64,000 nt of DNA. It comes from Blasia pusilla. Lineage: Eukaryota. Positions 1-12,329 of this stretch are shown here, in pieces. Each line of letters opens with the position of its first letter. The stretch's first letter is position 1. The stretch spans positions 37,634,001 through 37,698,000 of the forward strand of contig CM114271.1 of NCBI GenBank assembly GCA_050084515.1. Direction: 5' to 3'. Both the position numbers and the translations under genes were made by a program. Under the pieces are notes generated by a model, which saw only the letters and a program-made list of their open reading frames with translations, made no database searches and was not told where the DNA came from.

Positions 1-655
1 GTATATCTTATTGCGATTCACAAGACTCTTGTAAGTGAGAAATAATTCAAAAATATTTTTTTCACATAACAATATGTTTATGAAAATTTTTAAAAATGTG
101 ATATTTAATTTTGGTTGAACCTTATAAAGGATTTCGATAGATATTCTCATATCGTTTTGATATCATGTACAAGCATGCTAAAGAAACATAATTGATGCAA
201 TATGACTCTCACTTACACATACCATTATAGAGAACGAAAATTTGCAATGAGAGAATTAAAAGGAGCTGGTCCCTTTCTTAAATATGTAGGGTATGTACAA
301 GGAAATTTTACCCTAACTATAGTCTTTAGCTATACTAACTATGGTTTACTAATCGTAGTGAAAATAATCGTGCTTAATAAATTAATTAGGATTAATTTTT
401 CCTAGTTTGTGTGACTATGAAGTATAGTAGATCATATATCCAATGTGCTTCACTACAACTTAATCTTCAATAGAACCATGATAGACTTTTTGTGTGAATT
501 ATAGTTCAAGCATTCTTTGTACCTACCTTTGTATATAGAGAGTGGGATGATGTTCTGATCCTTTTTATGGATATTCTCATTCTTCATTTTTATGCAAGTA
601 GCTTTCTTCTCTTTATAAGTGTTTATCCTTCATGTTGGTCTTGTAGAGTTAATAA

Positions 656-866
656 TCTATATTATTATGGGAGACTGCCTTCTTGATTTGCAAACACTTC
701 TCTGCTTGACTCATGGCAATTGGGCAGCAAGAAAATGTTTCACATGCTACGGGCAGCAAGAAAAAATTTTGAATTTATGTGAAACATCCTTAATCTCTTC
801 CCTTCACGGGCTATACACGAGCTCTTCAAACACTTTTTCCACTACATCGCACGGATACTTGACTAG
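656..866 (+). mobile_element. Complete short non-autonomous Helitron (~211 bp)
   Basis: Starts A|TCTATATTA at 656 and ends CTAG|T at 863-866. Degenerate subterminal hairpin (ccactacatcgcacgg, compare ccgtgcatcgtacgg at 25709). Homologous end to end with 2564-2775. Confidence 0.75.
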
Positions 867-2563
867 TTTCTACATATTATAAGAGCTTTGAAGAGTATAA
901 AGAATCCTTTGGTAAGAGGCAGATCTCTAAATAGAGCAAGGAAAGATTTGTAGATAGGAGAATTTGATCCCTTGAGAAAAATTTTCTTGGAGAGATCAAA
1001 AAATTAATTTAAAGGCCAAGACAATCTTGTTAGAAAATTATAAATTGTATGTCTTCATGGAAAATCTTGGTTTTGAAAAAAAAAAAAAAAAAAATCTATG
1101 ATATTTCAGTCTCACAACAATGAAATCGAATACCTTGAATAATGGGTCAAATTAAGTGTTTATACTAAGAAATTAGACTAGACTTCCAATTTAAGTTTTT
1201 TAATCTATAAATATTGAACTTTTCTACTTTTTTGATATCTAAATTAATGCTGGTTATAACTGGAGATAAATTAGATCCAATCCATTGATCATATTCAAAC
1301 TCCTGTATTTTATCTATTGTTATAATTTCATGGGTTTCTAGTTTTGAACCTTAAAGTACACAACATCAAGAAATTGTATAATTTTTTCTTTAAAGAAACG
1401 CTCAATTTCAAATTTGGCAAAGTTGTAGTAAGTTGGGCCTCAAAGAAATAGCCAACTTTTGCCTTATCGGAAAAAAAAATTGAATACCAAGAAACACCGG
1501 TAAAAACATGTATGTTAATTTGGCTAAATAATTTTCTTGTAAATTCTCGAATGGAATCCTCCTGATCATTGTCTTCATACAATAAAGAAAAGGATAATCT
1601 CTAATTATATGTATACCTACTTTTCATCTTTTTATTTATACAAACTAGTTCCCTTCATTGTATTTGTGTATGTATATATGAGTGTTGGTCTTATAGGATT
1701 AGCAATTTCTACACCAATAAATTTTGAACTTCTTCCATTATATGGCATGCGATATCCATCATGTTCACAAATTTTGGGATAAAAATTTATAAGTCATGCC
1801 TTTGTTTTTATAAACCAAATATATTTCCAACTCCAATTGAATTAATCAAGACAACTTCATAATGTTTTTCTTGAAGGAGGTCATTATATTGACGAAATCT
1901 TTGTTTCTAGGATGGATTTGCCTAAATGGCAAATCCATCCTAGAAACAAAGATTTTTACGTTATATGGTAGAGATTCAAATACATTATCTTTGCAAGAGA
2001 AGAATATGCCATTTGAAAGAAACTACATCAAATGGTCACGCAATGAAATTGGGAAGTATTTTTGGAATTTCGATATAATATGCATTTAGAAGCTTGATAT
2101 GAAATCGGCATTGTCAACAAATGATATGTTGGCAACATTTATGTTGAGAGAGGTATTGCAAAGGTGATATATTTAGGATTTATTCCTCCATTAACTCGAT
2201 TTTATTTTACATTACTAGGGCACCGCTAGCTTACTAGATAATAGAAGAATGTGTTTTGGGGTATTTTAACCTCAATGAGAGGAGAGATAGTGAGATAGCA
2301 TAATTATAGTTAATGAGTTGAAATTTCCACGTGAAAGAAGAATTTATGAAAAGATATTATTTTAATTTTTTAATTAAAATAAAATAAAATTTAGAGACTA
2401 TCTTAAAACAATCAAGTAAATTACCAACCAATTTTCGGTAATCCCAGGATATGAGTAAACCTAGCCGGTTTCGTATCCAAATAGTCGAGAAAAAATTGCC
2501 TTGAATTGACCCGTCTACACTATTAAGAGAAGGTGGGTTTGGAGAATCCCTCCTCTTGCTACA

Positions 2564-2775
2564 CTAGTAAGGCGTTCATGCCCTGCAAAAGAAATAAAAA
2601 AAATGTTTAAGAGATAGTGTATAGTTCGGGAAAGGAAGAGATTACTGACGATGAACACAAATTCAAATTTTTCTTGCTGCACATAACATGTGAAACATTT
2701 TTTGCTGTCCAATTATTACGTGTCAAATAGATAAATGTTTGCAAACCAAAAAACACCATAATAATATAATATAGA
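2564..2775 (-). mobile_element. Complete short non-autonomous Helitron (~212 bp), same family as 656-866
   Basis: Minus strand reads A|TCTATATTA...TTTGCAAACA...AATGTTTCACATG...CTAG|T. Inserted in an AT dinucleotide with no TSD. Confidence 0.75.
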
Positions 2776-5159
2776 TTGACAAGTTGCATTCCAATATTAA
2801 AATTGAGGAGACGAAATTAAATTCAAAGGTAGGCCGGACGGTCGAAATAAAGGAGGAAGAAAAGGAGAGGAAACCGTAAAATAGATTTTTTTAAAATAAA
2901 AGATTTATTGCCCGGGCATAGCACTAATAATACTCTAATTTCTTTTTACAGATGATATAAAACCGGAATGACCGTTCCCGGATGGACAATACCGGCAATT
3001 TACCGGTTCTCACGAGAAGCCTCCGCCGGGAAAACTGCTTTGAGTCGAAGTTCTTGTATGACGTCGTCAGTTAGCGCAGATGTCAGCACGTGCAAAATCT
3101 GGAGCCGTTGCGATTGCGGCCGTGTACACTAGACATTCGTAGTTCGTTCGATTTGTGGGGTGGCTTTGAGGTAGAGGAGGAACGCCTCATTATTATGGCT
3201 GTCAGCTCGGGAGGGGGCCGTTTCTCATGGTTGCGAACTTGCGAATGTGTGTGTATGGGTGTTAGGGTTTCTACGGGTGGAATCCTCGAATCGCAGTCAT
3301 CGTCATCATGGGTAACGGAGGCACTGGGATCGGTTGGATCTGCGACTAATGTACTGTACCGGAGCTCCGTTCCGTTTCGGGGGAGATACGCTGCAGCACT
3401 GCTGCAGATCTGCTGGGCCGTTGAGTTCAGAACCTATTCAACGCACATCAGACAGTTCTGAAAGCTTAATTATTACTACAAGTGCTCACGTCCTCTACAG
3501 CGATGCCAATGAATGCGAGGCCTGCCCCGCCGAGATGGATCGATTGATTGCTTACAGAGTAGACCGAGCCTTTTGACCGACGCCAGAGTCGGCTCAGCCG
3601 GGGCCCGGGAGTTCCATATAGACCTAACGTTCCTTCAGGTTTTGACTCTTTGAGTCCCCCTCTTTGTAGACCGTTTTTATCGAAGTGCATCTTTGTTTTT
3701 TTATAGACCTACGAGTATAGTATGTATCATGCCAACAATGACGAATTTAGTTACTAGTCCTCATCAATCATAAATGACAGACAAGAAGGGCACCGGTCCG
3801 TGGCTGTTGCTGTGCCACGACAATCAATGACAGGAGCGACTTTGAGGAATCATTCTCTCCTCTCTTTCCACCACCCGGAGAAATTTCGTCAAAGGGCGTC
3901 CTTCTCGCTTGCGATTCGCGCTCGGTGTCGTGCGCCAAGGGGCCACCATGAGCGCTTCCAATGATAAAGTGGCCCCGCTTTCGCCCGGTTTGGAGCAGGC
4001 ATCTTTTCTCGCATCCCTGAAACGAACACTCATTTACTGCACGCCTTTGTCAAGAATAAATGGCACATATGAGTCCATCAAAGCCGAGAAAACAACCACG
4101 CCTCCAGAGTCCAGACACGAATCCGAATCGGAACCGAGCGACCGAGAAAGCTCGTCGCTACTTGAGGCGGAGCACCGGCGCATTTGCGCGGTGATGCCAT
4201 TTCCCATTCCCTTCCACGAGTAGGCTCGGCTCACTCGCACTCGAGAACACAGACGACGAAAAGGGCGCCCGAAGCGGACGACTTCCATAGTCCTCCCAGA
4301 TGTTCGGTACCGCCCCTACTTCTCCATGACCGAATCTGCCCGCTACTTGCCGCCGAATACAGGGGACAAGCTTCCGCAGTATCCTATTCTCGTACTGCCG
4401 AGCGCCGAGGTGCTGTCAGGTACTCCTTAGCTAAACACGTACGGCCATCTCTGCGTTCCCCACTCCGACCACTCCACCTCAGGTTTCCCGAAGCCAAACG
4501 TCCAAGATCGTACCTACTCCCGGAAGTACGCCGCAGTACAGCGCGAATTTTCGCTGCTGGCAGTTCTCGATTTCGACATCAACTGAATCTTAATTAATTA
4601 CTCCTCTCCTCCATACCCCTGTCTCGATTGGCCGTCTGTAGCGAGCAATGAACGGGGAAGATCCGGGGTTTAGTGTATTCGTAGCCGGCAGTTTTTTTAA
4701 ATTGCCGTCTTTGCTCGAGAGAGGCCGGCGGAGATTCCGGCATATATGACCGAGTTCCCGGAAGTTGGCAGAGCAGAGCCGGAAACTCCCCGGGACTTTC
4801 AGAGGCTCGACCAGAATTACACCGGCGACGGGAGGAGACACCTGAAATTGACCGATTTTATATTCCGGGATCACGGGATACTACTGGAACAGTTTCCGGC
4901 AACCGGGAAACTGATGAGTTTTTATTGGAGGGGAAATGGAGGGACGGATATGCACTCTTGTGGCAGTTAAAAATCCTGGCCGCACAATAGAGGGTTTTCC
5001 AAAACCCCAAAATCCGCCGCATCCTAAACCTTCAGCCTGCCCCTCCAGAACCGTTCGATGCCTCATCCGACGACACTGAGCAAACCCGAGGTGCCGCGAT
5101 TCCCGCGAACAGGGGTGAGAGGGTGGGGAGTCTGGGCCCTGGGGACCGTGGGGGTATCT

Positions 5160-5560
5160 CCTCTCCCGGCTCATTGTGCACGCTGCTGCTCTAGCCTCTA
5201 AGCCGCGGCTCTCCGATTTTGCACTCTTGCTCTTGCACCTTCGATTGCTCTCGCGCCTTTTCCTGCTGACTCGCTCTTGCACCTTCGATTGCCATCGCGC
5301 CCTTGCCTGCTGAGCGCTCTTGTTGTTCGCGCTCTTGCACCTTAGATCGCTGCCAGGCTCATTGTGCGAGGGTTGCTCTCGCTGTAAGCCGCTCCGATTT
5401 TGCACTCCGCCGCCGACTCACTCTTGCACCTTCGAGGCTCGATTGGTGTCGCGCTCTTGGTCGTTGGGAACATCGCTGCGTTCTTGCATGGTTAGGACGC
5501 TCTTGCCTGGTATTGTGCGCTCTTGCTCGTTGATGCGCTCTTCCCGCTATTATGTAATCG
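5160..5560. repeat. GCTCTTG(C) motif-rich region with an internal ~190-bp duplication; probable subterminal repeats of the hAT element
   Basis: Many GCTCTTG copies. CTCTTGCACCTT occurs four times. GGCTCATTGTGC...CTCCGATTTTGCACTC is repeated at ~5168 and ~5356. Confidence 0.6.
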
Positions 5561-6217
5561 CTTTTTTAGTGCCCGTTTCCTTTTTTTTGCGTTGAGAGCG
5601 ATCGTTCGAACGTGTCTTTTCTTGCCGAACTTCGCCGCTTTCGTTCTGCTGCAACTCATAGTTGTGTCTCTCACTTTGACATGCTTCCGCTCTTGGAGTT
5701 CGAAAGTGATATTCTCTAAACCTTATCACCGGCGTTCATAGGTCTCTTGCGCCTTGTACCCACGCTTTTGCTCTTGTTTGCGGTTCCGTAGTTCGCGCCG
5801 CAAGATCTCTTGTTGCCTTGTAACCACGCCGCTAGCAATCTTTGTGTCATTTGCAAAGCCCTAGTCATGCCGAATGTCCTCACCCGGATGTCTCCTTGAT
5901 GATGAATTTGGTCGAGCTTGATTATGGCATCGATTGAGATCGATTGCTCTCATTGTTGTAGCTTTTTGTTTGCATCTACATCAGAGATCCTTTGTTGCTC
6001 ATAACTTGTGCATTGGGGCAAAGATAGGCTTCTTCTTGACTTCATTAGTTTAAGACATTTAGAGTCGTAGTTTCTGTGCTTGACGATGTGAGTGGGTTCA
6101 GATTGTGGCATTCTACACCTCTTACTCCTAGCACTATTCATAATACCCTCACACACGGCCTCTGTGTACTCTCGACTCAAGACTTTTGACTTTGCCCTAC
6201 TTTGGATTGGGTTTGGT

Positions 6218-8449
6218 ATGGCTAAACGCCAGAGAACCATGAATGAATTGCTCTCAAAGGAGGTTCCAAAGGAACAACTTGATATCATAGCTTTGTCGGG
6301 ATCATCTGATGAGAGGGAAGACCAGAGTACGTTAGGCAGCACTCCATCCATACCTGAGAAAAATCGTGTAGCTTGGAAGGATGTGTGGTATACAATGTAT
6401 GATTGGATCAGCTTTGATAAAACAAGTGGGAGGATCCATTGTAATGTATGTAGAAAGGGTAAGGGAAAGAGTGTATTTGCTAGGGATGGTGCAATCAATT
6501 GTAAAGTTTCGGCATTCATAGATCATGCAAAATCGAACGAGCATGTAAAGCTTGCTTGGGCAGCCAATGGAGGTAAGAAATCTATGGCAAAGGCCATCGC
6601 CACATCCAACCGAACCTGTGAGGTCGCACTCTTGACTTTATTCAAGTGTGCATATTTTCTTGCAAAGGAGGCCATGCCCTTCTCAAAATTCACGGGTCTC
6701 TGTAAATTGTTGCTTGCTGTGAATGCACCTATCACCAGGGACCTTTATCAAGATGAAAAGAGTTGTAGTGACATGTGTTTTTTCATTAGCCAAATTTTGA
6801 TGAAGAGGACTCTAGCTAGAGTTCAATCATCTCCTTTCTTTGGGATTTTGATCGACGAATCTACAGATATTTCGGTGACAGGGCATTTAGTTGTGTTTGC
6901 AACATTCATAGAAGAGGGTCAAGCTGAGTGTTGTTTTCTAGGGCTGATTCGTTGTGAATCTAAATGTTCTAATGCTATCACTAATACTTTGTTGGAGTTT
7001 ATGAAAGATGGAGGGCTAGAGTATACCAAAATGGTTGGATTTGGTTCAGATGGGGCCTCTACAATGGTAGGTAGCCAAATTGGGGTAGCTTCTCAATTGA
7101 AGCAAAAGGTAAACCCGTTTCTACTCTCTGTACATTGTGTAGCGCACAGAACCAATCTTGTCGCTTTAACAAGCAAAGAAGAGCACTGATTGTAAAGTCA
7201 TTTCAACAGAAATTGATTCTATTTTGAATGCCGTGAGGGGTATTTCAAAAGGTCATCAAAGAGGAAAGCTAACCTAGCATCACTTCAAGAGAAGTTGAAT
7301 GACTCTCAACGAGTTATGAAGAGGTATCATAAAATAAGATGGTTGTCACGTTGGCAGGCTGTATGTACATTGTGTGATTCACTTGAGTCTCAGATTGACA
7401 TACTTTAGGATATTTCCCCTTCGTAAGATGATGGCAATGCCTCAAATTTATACAACAAGTTAAGATCATTCAAATGATCTATCGTTATATTTTTAGCTGA
7501 TATTCTTTCCAACCTTGCTAACTTGAGCAAGATTTTCCAATACAAGTTTGTTGATGTTAGTACTATTGGCAACATTGTTACTTCAGAGATTGCTTCTATT
7601 ACCATGAATTTTGTGATGGAAAGTCAAGATTTGAATGCATCTTTATTTTCGGAAGAAACAGGTTATCATATCCTACCTGATTTTGGTCCCCCCGATGGAT
7701 ATCTTAGACGTTTGCAATCAGAGATTAGGGGTAATAAGTTTCATAGCATAGAAATGTTGAGAGACCGCACAGGCAAGGATTTGGAATCTGCTCTCTTATT
7801 TCAAAAGTCATATGCTGAAAGTGTTTGTTTAGCATTGCAAGAAAGATTCAGGGACAACAATCTTATTGGTGCAATGAGGATTTTGAACCCATTGCACATG
7901 CCCTCTCGGCAAGTTGGGTTAAATAGCTGGGGATGTAAGGACTTGGAAGATTTGTGTGCACATTTTGGATGTGAGTTACCATTGAGGGGACATCTCCAAC
8001 CCTCTGTCATAAATTCTGCTGCTGTGAAGCAAGAATTTCAGTCATTCAAGTTGATGGCTACAACCGAGTGGAAAGATCGCAATTTCCGAGACTTATGGGC
8101 AATGGTGAGTTGGAGCCCCACTTTACAATGTAAGTTTGCTAACTTGCTTGTTTTGGCTAATGTTGCAAGGGTTCAATGTGTTAGCACTGCCATATGTGAG
8201 AGGGCTTTTTCAATTCAGAATTTGATCAAGACTAAGACTCGTAATCGACTAGGTACTAAACATCTAGATGTTGTATTAAGGATTGCTTTAGAAGGACCTA
8301 CAAGTGACTATGACGACATGTTGTCTCAATCTGTCATATTATGGAAGACTTCTGCTAATTTTAGGTACTTGTATTCTAATCCTGATCGATACATGAACCC
8401 TCAAGCAGAAACAGAATGTGGTGCCCCATCGGTTGACTTGTTAGGTTGA
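6218..8449 (+). pseudogene. Disrupted hAT transposase (ZNF862/C17orf113-like: TTF-type Zn finger, DUF4371, DDE core, hATC dimerisation domain)
   Basis: Motifs in order: CNVC...HAKSNEH, ILIDESTD, FGSDGAS, HCVAHRTNL, IRWLSR (off-frame, ~7335), CERAFS. Frameshifts and stops cluster at ~7160-7500 and split it into ORFs 6092-7189 and 7523-8449. Confidence 0.9.
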
Positions 8450-10649
8450 TGTGAGTTTTTTTTGTAGGACTTAGAGCCCTTCTATAACACTTGGAGCTTA
8501 GAAGCTCCAAATATTATAGAGGGGCATGATCCTTGGCTCCCAGCGGGGGGGAGGCTTGGCCAGGAGTTCAACCCTGCCAAGGATATCTCAAGGTAGAGAG
8601 CATAACATTTCCTTCATGCAAATTTTGGAAGGGAGGTTTTGCTCCAAGGTAAACAGATACAAGGTAGATGATGAGGTGAAGGTAAAAAGAAGAAAAAAAT
8701 GTGAAAGTAGAAGAGAGAAAAGGTGAAGGAAAAAAAGAAAAAAAGGCTTGTTTCATACATGCCGGAAATTGGCAGCCGACTCAGAAAACACCCATAAACT
8801 AGATGGGTCCATTTCCAAAGTACCAGAAACAAAATGGGTTCCTTTTGAATAAATTCGGATAAAAACCGTCTGAAAAAAAAAAAACTAGTTTTTTTACTGC
8901 CTTGTTCTAATAATACCAGCCAGGACCGGCTAGGAAAAAAAAGAGCCGACTTGATAATCTAAATAGCAGAAATCGGCTGACAGATTAAAAAAATCTCCCC
9001 GGACCCTGGTAGCGAGACGCAACCGGAGAACCTACGGCGCTGCATCAATGGATCCGGGATGCTCGCACATGACACGTACCGTAGCGTAGGCCGGGCTTTC
9101 CGCTTCTTTCCGAGTGCGCGCGGAAGCTCAAGCTCTTCTTGTCCCTTCTTCGGAAGTTCGGCTCCCGATAAATATGCACCTGATATTGGGAAATACGAAA
9201 TTATGCGGCCATTTTAAGAAATAACGAAATTCCTTTCGCTGCTTTAAAATCCGGGAAAATGTGCGTAGAGTGTAGGACTTTCTGGCGAAGGTTAAGGACT
9301 TTTTTAATCGGACATCGGGACCTCCTCCACGACCAAATGATCACCTTCGGAATATTTAAAGAAAGGACCTTTTTCATCCTTCCCATCACACGTGGCATGT
9401 TCTTTCTCGTGGACGTTCTTTTATGTTTAATAAATAAATAAATAAATAAATGTCAAGTGGATGTGAAAGAGCTTTACAGCCATTTGTCAAACTGATAAAA
9501 TAAAATATCACTTTTAATGGTGCCCAAATATTTCCTTCTTGTTTGTCATCTATGTGTTTGGACATAATAGGCCGTGAAAGATATTTCATAAATGGTTTTG
9601 GGTAAAACATTTCTGATAGAGGATTTTCTTTTCTGTTTTCCTGACACAATTCGTGCAGTTAAAATATCCACTAACTACACATCGAATTCAACTCGTCAAA
9701 CTCCCCAAGATCGAATGGTGTATACACACCATTCTATCATTGTGAAAAGCAACCTCTTACACGTACATGAAGTCCTCATCTATACTAGGAGCGGTTTTCC
9801 TCATCTGTACGACATATCTGGAGAATTTTCCACATATCTTTTGAATCGTGGTAGGGGGGGGCATTCAAGAAACGGGGCTTTAGGGCATCCCACGGTCCCC
9901 TCACGGGTCCTAACTGGGAAGACTTAATCGTAGAGTCAAGAACACCAAGGATTCATTCTCCCATTAAGGTAGAATCTTCTTGCCCCGGTGTGACTAGAAT
10001 TGGTTGGACTTTGACTGGATGAATTAAGAAATCCATTTAAGTTGTTAAAGTGTTATCTAGACCTCTAATAAATTGGAAAATACAAACGCCTAACCAAAAG
10101 ATAAATGTGAGAAGAAGTATCCGATTCGCTGTTTTGATTTTTACGTTCTCGTTCAATGTGTTGGAGAAAAGATTCACCACCACGAAGCATTTTGTTCCCA
10201 TTGTATCTTGAGCATACCTAGAATAAGTTTCAAGTTTTCCCTTTCATATGAGAGGTCATTGAGATCTTCACAAAATGTGCTAGAAAATGAAAAGCAATAG
10301 CCCCTGGTGGAGGAACGTTTAAAGGAGAATCGTTGTGAGATGAACTCACTTATCTTGAGCATGTAACAATTAATTTCCCCTAACGATCATGAGAAGATGA
10401 CGAATTACTGTCAAATCGACTTGTTCCACTTGGAGAATGTAAAGATTCTTATGTTAGAAAATCCTTGTATTCTTAGTGTTCTATTTCTTGTTTTCATGAA
10501 TCCCACTCAATATCCTACAAAGGATGATTGGGATGTCACACTTATGGACAAAAACATATATTAGATTGTTGGGGGAATCATAGTGCATAGGCAAAGAGGG
10601 ATCCCTTTTGAGCTTACACCAAGAAAGAGTTCTCTAGATGTAAGTCTAG

Positions 10650-11720
10650 GTTTTATGCATGACTCACAAAAAAGGAGGAAATTTAAAGGCTTGTTGAGAA
10701 AAAGACTTGCGTATTTTTCATCTTTTCCAAGCATATGATATTGACCCAAAACTTTGTCTACTTGTTCATGGGAGGTTTTCCAACAACATTGCAAAATTTC
10801 ACCCTAAATTGAGGACCAACCCAAACCCTTATAAGATTTACTATGGAACTTAGGGACTTAGGTTGTAGGTATTTCTCATCTTTTCCACATATATGATCTT
10901 TACTTGAAACTTATTTCACTTGTTGATGGAAGTAATTCCAACATTGCTGAAAATTTTCAACCTTATGGAAAGACTAACCCAAACCCTAAAAATAAAAAGG
11001 TATTTCTAGACTAACGTGATAAGATTTAATAACAAAAAAGGACTCTATATTTTTCATCTTTTCCAACTAAATAATCTTGACCTAAAACTTTTTATATTTC
11101 TTCATGGGAGTGTTTCCATTCCTCAAAAAAATTCAACCAAAATGGGATTCCAAAACTAACCCTAAAAATGAAGAGGTCTTTCTAGATTTCTACGATAAGA
11201 TTTTCTAAGGAAAGAGGACTTATGTATTTTTTTCATCTTTTTCAGGTATATAATCTTGACCTAAAATGTTATCTTGTTGTTGGTGTGAGTGTTTCCAACA
11301 ATCTTGGAAACTTGCATGGCAATTGGAAGTTCCATCCATGACTTAAAAATTAAGAGGTTATTCTAGATCTACGAGAGTAGGTTTAATAAGAAAAAAAGGT
11401 TTGTATATTTTTCATCTTTTCCACATGTATGATCTTGACTTGAAATATTATTTTACACTTGATGAGAATTTTTCCAAAAACCTGAAATTTTTTTATCTCA
11501 GATAGAAGATCAATCCAAACGCTGAAAATGAAAAGATGAATGTGGACCTACGCAATGAAATTTACTAAGAAAAAAAATGATTTTTCATGTTTTCTATGTA
11601 TATGATCTTAATCTGAAGTTTTGTTGATCGAAGCGTTTTCTAACATCTTGCAAATTTGCATGGAAAATTGAAGTGACATCCAAAGCCTAAAAATAAAAGA
11701 GTCATTCTAGATCTAGGTGT
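10650..11720 (-). repeat. Degenerate tandem array, ~180-bp unit, about 6 copies, reverse orientation
   Basis: TTTTCATCTTTTCCA...ATGATCTTGAC recurs at ~10715, 10871, 11051, 11230, 11410 and 11581. Confidence 0.85.
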
Positions 11721-12329
11721 TATTCTACGAAACTAGTTTTCCTCACTATTTTTTTTTGTTTTGCATGGGCTTATATTTTGTAATGAATTTTGAGCAACTT
11801 CATTAATGGTTGTCCCAATTTTTTGATTGTAATGTGTGGATAGTTTAGTGATATTTTAACTTTTTGATTCACTAATCAACAAAAATTTACATATAGCTAA
11901 TCTAAAAGTTATCATAATTACATCCTAGACAAATGTTTTGTAACCAATTTTTGGCAGTGTTACTATTAGTTTGTTGGAGGTATTTTGTCATTGTTATGTA
12001 TGCGTAGTTTTATGATATATTTATTTTCTCTATCCACTAATCCTTGTATTAATCCTTATATGACATTACTTGTAAGGACTTGTAAGGGAGCATGCGACGC
12101 ACGGATCCTCGTTTAATAAGTTAGGTTTCAAGGACACTCTCCTTATCTATCTCTCTATTTTAATCGAATTAGCTGTGACCAAAAGTACTTTTGAGGAAGT
12201 AATGACACTTCTAAAACACAAGAGCAGCTAAATAATAGCATCCTCCAATTTTTTTTGGAAAAATGATTAGCATTCCTATCGTGAGTCTGAGCAATTATCA
12301 TACCTTCCTAAACTTGCGTACTAAATTTT

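Larger units (their letters stand above)
5110..8576 (+). mobile_element. hAT-superfamily DNA transposon (boundaries tentative)
   Basis: Candidate termini CAGGGGTGA (5110) and TCAACCCTG (8576) are 8/9 complementary and enclose the repeats and transposase. No convincing 8-bp TSD. Confidence 0.4.

Noticed and set aside
2829-2951. GT-AG intron of a protein-coding gene
   Set aside because: The splice signals look plausible, but all three frames stop within a few codons after the acceptor.
3770-4036. TAAATG poxvirus-like late promoters implying a giant-virus insert
   Set aside because: A 6-mer of this kind is expected by chance, and no viral protein motif was recognised.
4881-5741. ORFs of 60-174 aa as real proteins
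   Set aside because: They are low-complexity translations of the GCTCTTG repeat region.
2564-9430. One large Helitron carrying the GC-rich island and the hAT gene
   Set aside because: The Helitron's own 5' TC end is at 2775, matching the 656-866 copy, so it is only ~212 bp long.
12090-12118. Additional Helitron 3' end (CATGCGACGCACGG)
   Set aside because: It is hairpin-like, but there is no CTAG and no upstream homology to the other copies.
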